This document shows, one piece after another, positions 23,153 to 25,253 of a stretch of 25,253 bases of DNA. Within the stretch, counting starts at the first letter, position 1. Each line of letters opens with the position of its first letter. The stretch comes from a virus (Duplodnaviria > Heunggongvirae > Uroviricota > Caudoviricetes). Under the pieces are notes generated by a model. It ran no database searches. It saw nothing but the letters and a program-made list of their open reading frames with translations, and was not told where the DNA came from. The stretch is from positions 133,850 to 159,102 of IMG/VR virus record IMGVR_UViG_3300014043_000003; one strand, 5' to 3'. Position numbers and translations under genes: made by a program.

Positions 23153-25207
23153 TTAAGCCGTGAGCATCGGCCTAAGCTGAGACGCCTCGATGACGTACTT
23201 GGCCGGATTCTCCATGACCTTGCCGTACTCCTCTTTGCCCTGAAATTCGTCGATGACGGCCTGTTCCTTCTCCGACATATCTTCATACCGCTTGTGGCCG
23301 TAGGAGGGCGGCAGCCAACTTCTCTGACGTGCAGCGAAGATGTTGAGGCGGTCGATGATTGGCGCAGCCTCCGGGCGGAACTTGATATGGCAGGTCCCCT
23401 TCTTGTAGAACTTTGCCGTGAAATAGGTGAAGGACAGCTCCCCGCGGGTAGCTTTGAGATCGTTGGCATTTGAGATAACAGAAAAAGGATCTCGCGCCCA
23501 TCCGATCTCCCCTTTGTCCAGATACGTCAAGGCTCTCTCCATGTCAGAGATCGTGCGTGTCAGATCGTAGGTGTCCAGCTTGTCCCCATCCCAGGAGGAG
23601 GAGCTGAATCCGTTGATCGGCAGGATCACCTTCATCCCGACTTTCCAGGCTTTATTAGTCGCCCAACCGTTATAGTAGTGTACGTTGTCGCTCTGAATCT
23701 CGCGGCTCCAGGAATGCTCTTCGCTGAGCTTGCGGAACAGGCTCATGATGGAGTCCTCGACGCCCTGCTGGAGCTGGAGCTGAATGTCATAAAAGACTTG
23801 CATGACATTGTGCTTGTCGAACTCATATTCGGACATCTCGCGGACCTTGTCATGATAATCGGATTGCATCTGGGATGTCATTTTCTCCCGGAGCTGCGGC
23901 TTGTCCAGCAGCAGATTCCAATACTTGTAGCGGAGCTTCTTCAGATACTCGTTGATAACCTCATTGGTGGCCGTTGTGAAGTCATGGCCGCCCACGCTCA
24001 TCGTGATCAGCGGCTTTTCGCTCTCGTGAACCCCGGTGATCAGGTGCGGCGCCACAGCTTCGTAGGCCATCATGAGGTCGATTCCGGTCCTGGCCTCCAG
24101 ATTGAAATACTCGATCAGGCTCAGGATCTCGTCAGCAATGACAATCTGTCCTTCCTTCTGCTCATGGAGATCGCTGTAGTCCTTCTCCACCGCTTTTTTG
24201 GCACCCTCGAAGATCGAAGATTCCACCGCGCGCTTGCGTGGAATGTCTATGTGAACAACTGCCACTTCGACGTCGGTTTTCCTCTGCGCCTCCTTAAAGG
24301 CGTCCTGGACAAACTCGATCCTTGCCTCGTACTTTGCCAGAAGGCTTTTCAGGAGCTTTCTCTCATTGGTATAGGGATTGCGGATCGTCTCCGCGTTGAG
24401 CAGGCAAGCGATCTGGCCGCCGTCCTTCTGCAATTCGATTGCATGGAGAAGGTGTGCGGCGCCGGCGGAGAACGGAGGATTCATCAGGATCAGATCGTAG
24501 CGCTTGTTCGTCCTGTAGGAGAGAAAGTCATCGCCGACAAGGTGGTATCCCTTACCGCGGAGAATCAGGCGCAGGTTGTAATCCAGCTCGATCACATCGA
24601 AATTCCGTTCTTTACCACGGATGGATCTCTGATACCTTGTAGTGCGCTCCCGTTCAAGATGCGGGTTTTTCGCCAGGCGTGCCCTGTAGCTCGGATAATC
24701 CTCGTACTCCCTTTCCCGGCAGCGCTGCGCCATATTCAGCACAGCCTCCACAAGATTGCCCTTGCCGGCGGAAGGCTCAAGGATATCTGTTACGCCGGAC
24801 CACCTAACGTGGGCGAGGAGCTTTCCGGCGAGTCTGTCAGGCGTGGGATAAAAGTCCTTGTTATCCCCGGCCGGAAGGTATGCGACATCCACTTTTTCTC
24901 TGGTCTTGCGCCCGGTGTTGGTGGTGGCCGCCTCCTCCAGGGCCTCCGGGTGCTTCTCGCAGTACGCACGGATCTTCTTTTTTGCCTCCGCAATGCTGTT
25001 CGCATCGCCAACATGGTCGATGCTGCGCCTTTCGCTGGGATGGATGCTGCCGTGATTCACTTTGAGATAGATAGTATACCAGCCCTTGTCCCAAGCCCCC
25101 TTCTTCTCCCTTTTTGAGATCTCGAAGGTGGCAAGGTCGCCGTCAACATAGCAGATGACCTTTCTGGGCTGTGCGCTTTTGTGGTCTTCGTAGCAATTAA
25201 GAATCAT
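23153..25207 (-). CDS. N6-adenine methyltransferase-domain protein with DUF4942-like C-terminus
   Basis: DFYPTP, ILEPSAGKGNL (SAM binding), LMNPPF (catalytic), C-terminal KFYKKGTCHIKF; ATG 25207 behind GAAAGGAG (TTG 25231 alternative). Confidence 0.85.
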   Translation of the reverse strand: MILNCYEDHKSAQPRKVICYVDGDLATFEISKREKKGAWDKGWYTIYLKVNHGSIHPSERRSIDHVGDANSIAEAKKKIRAYCEKHPEALEEAATTNTGRKTREKVDVAYLPAGDNKDFYPTPDRLAGKLLAHVRWSGVTDILEPSAGKGNLVEAVLNMAQRCREREYEDYPSYRARLAKNPHLERERTTRYQRSIRGKERNFDVIELDYNLRLILRGKGYHLVGDDFLSYRTNKRYDLILMNPPFSAGAAHLLHAIELQKDGGQIACLLNAETIRNPYTNERKLLKSLLAKYEARIEFVQDAFKEAQRKTDVEVAVVHIDIPRKRAVESSIFEGAKKAVEKDYSDLHEQKEGQIVIADEILSLIEYFNLEARTGIDLMMAYEAVAPHLITGVHESEKPLITMSVGGHDFTTATNEVINEYLKKLRYKYWNLLLDKPQLREKMTSQMQSDYHDKVREMSEYEFDKHNVMQVFYDIQLQLQQGVEDSIMSLFRKLSEEHSWSREIQSDNVHYYNGWATNKAWKVGMKVILPINGFSSSSWDGDKLDTYDLTRTISDMERALTYLDKGEIGWARDPFSVISNANDLKATRGELSFTYFTAKFYKKGTCHIKFRPEAAPIIDRLNIFAARQRSWLPPSYGHKRYEDMSEKEQAVIDEFQGKEEYGKVMENPAKYVIEASQLRPMLTA

Positions 25208-25253
25208 TCCAGCGGCGGCTCCTTTCTGCAACGCCCTTCTACTCTCTTCTCAT

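Noticed and set aside
23678-25117. 479-aa + strand ORF
   Set aside because: Antisense shadow of the methyltransferase gene; no recognisable motifs
1-25253. Stop-codon reassignment
   Set aside because: TAA, TAG and TGA all end genes with tight packing; no suppressor tRNA seen

Overview
This is a 25 kb, densely packed, entirely minus-strand gene run with frequent ATGA/TGATG/TAATG overlaps and GGAG-type RBSs. It reads as the early/middle accessory region of a large phage (or prophage) of a Firmicutes-type host, judged from sigmaA-type promoters, strong SD sites and a Firmicutes-like tRNA-Ile2. No structural, lysis or integrase genes are visible. Recognisable products: an adenine-methyltransferase/DUF4942-like protein, a GIY-YIG nuclease, an XRE-HTH + sigma70 region 4 + RNAP alpha-CTD fusion, an RNA ligase (DUF5565/RLIG1-like), dUTPase, an ATP-grasp-like protein, a Lar-like protein, an HNH nuclease, a Cys-based (PTP/DSP) phosphatase, an HExxH protein, an ADP-ribosylglycohydrolase, a NUMOD4-HNH-NUMOD1 protein, an HD hydrolase, an ASCH protein, a DUF1599 protein and an XRE regulator. 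Three tRNAs (Ile2-CAT, Lys-TTT, Pro-TGG) are interleaved with about 450 nt of unexplained, strongly base-paired non-coding sequence. Most notable: (i) candidate novel structured RNAs in the tRNA cluster, including a CCA-ended 40-nt minihelix; (ii) a repeated promoter/operator cassette 11.4 kb apart; (iii) three families of shuffled small-protein modules; (iv) a putative counter-defence repair/eraser enzyme set. All family calls are by-eye motif recognition, and RNA structures were paired by hand; no database search or folding was run.
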